A DNA stretch of 29,271 nt from Thermaerobacter marianensis (GTDB lineage Bacteria; Bacillota; Sulfobacillia; DYIH01). The position numbers were made by a program, and so were the translations under genes. Below the pieces are notes generated by a model. The model saw only the letters and a list, made by a program, of their open reading frames with translations, made no database searches and was not told where the DNA came from. The stretch is from assembly GCA_020723785.1 (NCBI GenBank), contig DYIH01000001.1, positions 1 to 29,271 of the forward strand. Reading direction: 5' to 3'. Positions 26,038 to 29,271 of this stretch are shown here, one piece after another (the first letter of the stretch is position 1; every line of letters starts with the position of its first letter).

Positions 26038-26065
26038 CTGTCCCCCGCCTCCCGACTTGGCCAAC

Positions 26066-26101
26066 CTGTTCATGAACAGCCGAAACAAATGCATTATACC
26101 A
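26066..26101 (-). promoter_or_regulatory. Extended -10 promoter with a downstream 14-bp perfect palindrome (candidate operator)
   Basis: TGGTATAAT at 26101-26093; CTGTTCATGAACAG at 26066-26079, between the promoter and the RBS. Confidence 0.6.
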
Positions 26102-26178
26102 TGGAGCCCATACGCTAACTTCTTCCTCCTATTGATCGCGTTTTGGAAAGAACCCATTTTCTCCTGCAGGCCGGAAGG

Positions 26179-27858
26179 TCAATCCTCCACCCCGCCGGCC
26201 GCCGCCTCCCGCTCCCGGATGACCCGGCGCAGGGGCTTGCCGACCAGCGTCTTGGGGATGGCGTCGACGAACTCGATCTTGCGCGGCACCTTATAGGCCG
26301 GCAGGCGCTCGCGGCAGTAGCCCATGATCTCCGCCCGGTCGGCGGTCTCGCCGTCCTTCAGCACGATGTACGCGGCCAGCACCTCGCCGCGCACGCGGTG
26401 GGGCACGCCGACGACGGCCGCCTCCTTCACCTTGGGGTGCTCATAGAGGAAATCCTCGATCTCGCGGGGGTAGACGTTGTAGCCGCCGACGATGACCAGG
26501 TCCTTCTTGCGGTCGACGACGTAGAAGTAGCCCTCCTCGTCGGCGCGGGCCATGTCGCCGGTGTGCAGCCAGCCGTCGCGCAGGACGGCGGCCGTCTCGT
26601 CGGGGTGGTTCCAGTACCCGGCCATCACCTGGGGACCGCGGACGCACAGCTCACCCACCTCCCCCGGCGCCGCCTCCCGTGACGGGTCGTCCAGGTCGAC
26701 GATCCTGGACTCGGTGCCCGGGAAGGGCAGGCCGATGCTGCCCGTCTTCTGGCGGCCCCAGAGGGGGTTGGCGTGGGTGATGGGCGAGGCCTCCGAGAGC
26801 CCGTAGCCCTCGACGATGCGCCCGCCGGCCAGCCCCTCGAAGCGCGCCTTGACCTCGGGCGGCAGGGGCGCCGCCCCGGAGAAGTAGAGGCGGATCGACG
26901 ACAGGTCGTATTCGTCGAAGCCGCGCGTGTGGCTCATGGCCACGTACATGGCCGGCACGGCGGGAAAGAAGGTCACCCGGTGGCGGGCCAGGCCCTCCAG
27001 CACCTCGCGGGGGTTGAACTGCGGGAAGAGCAGCATCGTGGCGCCGATGCGGACGGGGATGTTGAGGGCCACCGTCAGGCCGTAGACGTGGAAGAACGGG
27101 AGGGCGCAGCCGAAGACCTCGCCCCCCGGTTGCAGGCTGGTCAGCCAAGCCTCCCCCTGGACCACGTTGGCCACCAGGTTGCGGTGGGTGAGCATGGCCC
27201 CCTTGGGAGCGCCGGTGGTGCCGCCGGTGTACTGCAGGAGAGCCAGGTCTCCGGGTTGCCGCGCCACCCCCGGCGGCCCGGCCCCCTCGCGTCCCAGCAG
27301 CGCCCGGTAGTCCAGCACCGACGCGCCCCGCGGGAAGGCGTGGCCCTCCTTCTTCTCCTTGAACAGGGTGAAAAGGAGGCGCAATTTCCACGGAAAGTAG
27401 TCGTGGATGCGGGTGACGATGACGTGTTCCAGATCCGGGGTTTCGTTCCGCACGGCGGCCAGGTTGGGATGGAGCTTGGACAGGGTCAGCGCCGCCCGCG
27501 CGCCGGCGTCGCGAAGGATGAAGGCCAGATCCTCACCGTGGTACAGCGGGTTGACCGCCACGGCCACGGCGCCGGCCCGCAGGGCGCCGTAGAGCCCGAT
27601 GACGAATTGCGGGCAGTTGGGAAGGTGGAGGGCCACCCGGTCACCGGGCCGGATGCCGAGGCGGACCAAGGCGTTGGCAAAGCGGTTGGCATCCCGATCC
27701 AGGGCGGCGTAGCTCAGACGGCCCCCGTAGAAGAGGATGGCCGTGCGGTCCGGGTGGCGGCGGGCCGTTTGGGCCAGGATCTCGGGAAGGATAAGAGGCG
27801 GGACTTCGACCTCCCGCGGCACCCCTTCTTCATAGTGGTCAAACCAGACCGGCTCCAC
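26179..27858 (-). CDS. Long-chain-fatty-acid--CoA ligase (FadD/LcfA-like)
   Basis: LQYTGGTTGAPKG, EGYGLSEASP, GWLHTGD, DRKKDL, GYNVYPREIE, PKTLVGK. Confidence 0.93.
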   Translation of the reverse strand: MEPVWFDHYEEGVPREVEVPPLILPEILAQTARRHPDRTAILFYGGRLSYAALDRDANRFANALVRLGIRPGDRVALHLPNCPQFVIGLYGALRAGAVAVAVNPLYHGEDLAFILRDAGARAALTLSKLHPNLAAVRNETPDLEHVIVTRIHDYFPWKLRLLFTLFKEKKEGHAFPRGASVLDYRALLGREGAGPPGVARQPGDLALLQYTGGTTGAPKGAMLTHRNLVANVVQGEAWLTSLQPGGEVFGCALPFFHVYGLTVALNIPVRIGATMLLFPQFNPREVLEGLARHRVTFFPAVPAMYVAMSHTRGFDEYDLSSIRLYFSGAAPLPPEVKARFEGLAGGRIVEGYGLSEASPITHANPLWGRQKTGSIGLPFPGTESRIVDLDDPSREAAPGEVGELCVRGPQVMAGYWNHPDETAAVLRDGWLHTGDMARADEEGYFYVVDRKKDLVIVGGYNVYPREIEDFLYEHPKVKEAAVVGVPHRVRGEVLAAYIVLKDGETADRAEIMGYCRERLPAYKVPRKIEFVDAIPKTLVGKPLRRVIREREAAAGGVED

Positions 27859-27886
27859 CGCGTCAATGGCTCCCTCCGGCGGATTC

Positions 27887-29271
27887 CTATTCCCATTCGA
27901 TGGTGGCCGGGGGCTTGGAAGTGATGTCGTAGACCACCCGGTTCACCTGGGGCACCTCGTTGACGATGCGGCTGGAGATCCGCTCCAGCACCTCGTAGGG
28001 GACGCGCGCCCAGTCGGCGGTCATCCCGTCGTGGCTGACGACGGCCCGCACGGCCACGGTGTAACCATACGTGCGCTCGTCGCCCATCACGCCCACGCTG
28101 CGCAGGCCGGTCAGGACGGCGAAGCTCTGCCAGATGTCGCGGTACAGGCCGGCGGCCTTGATCTCCTCCAGGACCACCGCATCGGCCCGCTGCAGTACGG
28201 CCACCCGCTCCGGCGTGACCTCGCCGATGATGCGCACCGCCAGGCCCGGCCCGGGGAACGGCTGGCGCCAGAGCACCTCGTCCGGGAGGCCCAGTTCCTT
28301 GCCCACCCGGCGCACCTCGTCCTTGAAGAGTTCCCGCAGGGGCTCGATCAGCTTGAACCGCATGTCCTCGGGCAGCCCGCCCACGTTGTGATGGCTCTTG
28401 ATGTTGGCCGAAACGCCGCCTCCGGCGGCACCGGTGAGGGAAACGCCGCTCTCGATGACGTCCGGGTAGAGGGTGCCCTGGATCAGGAACTCCACCTCGC
28501 CCAGCCGCCGCGCCTCCTCCTCGAAGACACGGATGAACTCCGCCCCTATGATCTTCCGCTTCTGCTCCGGGTCGGCGACGCCCGCCAGGCGTTCGAGGAA
28601 CCGTGCCCCGGCGTCGACGGCGATCAAGTTCAGGCCGATCCCGTCGCGGAAGGTGCGCTCCACCTTCTCCGCCTCGCCCAGCCGCAGCAGGCCGTGGTCC
28701 ACGAAGATGCAGGTGAGCCGGTCGCCGATAGCCCGGTGGACCAGGGCGGCCGCCACCGCCGAATCGACGCCGCCGGAGAGGGCGCAGACGGCGCGGCCCT
28801 CCCCCACCCGCTCGCGGATGCGGGCCACCGCCTCCTCGACGAATGAGGCCATCGTCCACGTACCGTGGCAACCGCACACACGGTACAGGAAGTTGTGCAA
28901 AATCTCCCTCCCCAGCGGCGTGTGCACCACCTCGGGGTGGAATTGGACGCCGTAGATGCGGCGTTCCGGGTCGCCCATGGCCGCCACCGGCGTGTTGGCC
29001 GTGCGGGCCAGCACCACGAAACCCGGGGGCGGTTCCTCGACGTGGTCCCCGTGGCTCATCCAGACGTCCATCCGGGACGGCAGGCCGTTGAAGATCCCGT
29101 CCGCGCTCGCGGCCGGCAACACATCCAGGCCGGTCTTGCCATACTCCCGGCGGTCGGCCGGACGCACGCGCCCGCCCAGGACGTGGGCGGTCAGTTGCAT
29201 CCCGTAGCAGATGCCCAGGACGGGCACACCCAGGCCGAAGACCCCCGGGTCGACGCGGGGCGCGTCGGGGG
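27887..29271 (-). CDS. guaA: GMP synthase (5' end outside the window)
   Basis: [57 protein letters not shown]; frame open to the window edge. Confidence 0.98.
   Translation of the reverse strand, partial: PDAPRVDPGVFGLGVPVLGICYGMQLTAHVLGGRVRPADRREYGKTGLDVLPAASADGIFNGLPSRMDVWMSHGDHVEEPPPGFVVLARTANTPVAAMGDPERRIYGVQFHPEVVHTPLGREILHNFLYRVCGCHGTWTMASFVEEAVARIRERVGEGRAVCALSGGVDSAVAAALVHRAIGDRLTCIFVDHGLLRLGEAEKVERTFRDGIGLNLIAVDAGARFLERLAGVADPEQKRKIIGAEFIRVFEEEARRLGEVEFLIQGTLYPDVIESGVSLTGAAGGGVSANIKSHHNVGGLPEDMRFKLIEPLRELFKDEVRRVGKELGLPDEVLWRQPFPGPGLAVRIIGEVTPERVAVLQRADAVVLEEIKAAGLYRDIWQSFAVLTGLRSVGVMGDERTYGYTVAVRAVVSHDGMTADWARVPYEVLERISSRIVNEVPQVNRVVYDITSKPPATIEWE

Noticed and set aside
1524-29207. 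Many long antisense or alternative-frame ORFs (e.g. 16068..18149, 14296..16173, 19909..21765, 3205..4896)
   Set aside because: They shadow well-supported genes in GC-rich DNA, are Arg/Gly/Pro/Ala-rich and carry no recognisable motifs.
1-29271. CRISPR array, rRNA or tRNA genes
   Set aside because: No regularly spaced repeat-spacer array or RNA gene signature seen; repeats are limited to short in-gene or promoter duplications.

Overview
High-GC, Bacillota-type chromosomal window. The gene order is Bacillus-like (guaA ... purE-B-C-S-Q-L-F ... M-N-H on the minus strand); the taxonomy is inferred, not shown. The striking feature is a ~9.2 kb block splitting the purine operon between purF and purM. 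It holds (i) a visibly AT-richer defence-like module: an N4-cytosine-type methyltransferase, a BstYI-like type II endonuclease and a convergent stand-alone STAND-like ATPase; and (ii) a compact clade II nitrous-oxide reductase cluster (nosZ, cytochrome c, nosB, nosD, nosF, nosY). No integrase, transposase, tRNA or target-site duplication is visible. Between guaA and purE lies a second mixed region: fadD-like ligase, lipoprotein cytochrome c, a yybP-ykoY (Mn2+) riboswitch-controlled zinc-ribbon/His-rich protein plus TerC, uppP and an AI-2E/YtvI transporter. An HD-GYP gene converges on purH; purK and purD are not in the window. All calls come from motif recognition by eye; no database searches were run.
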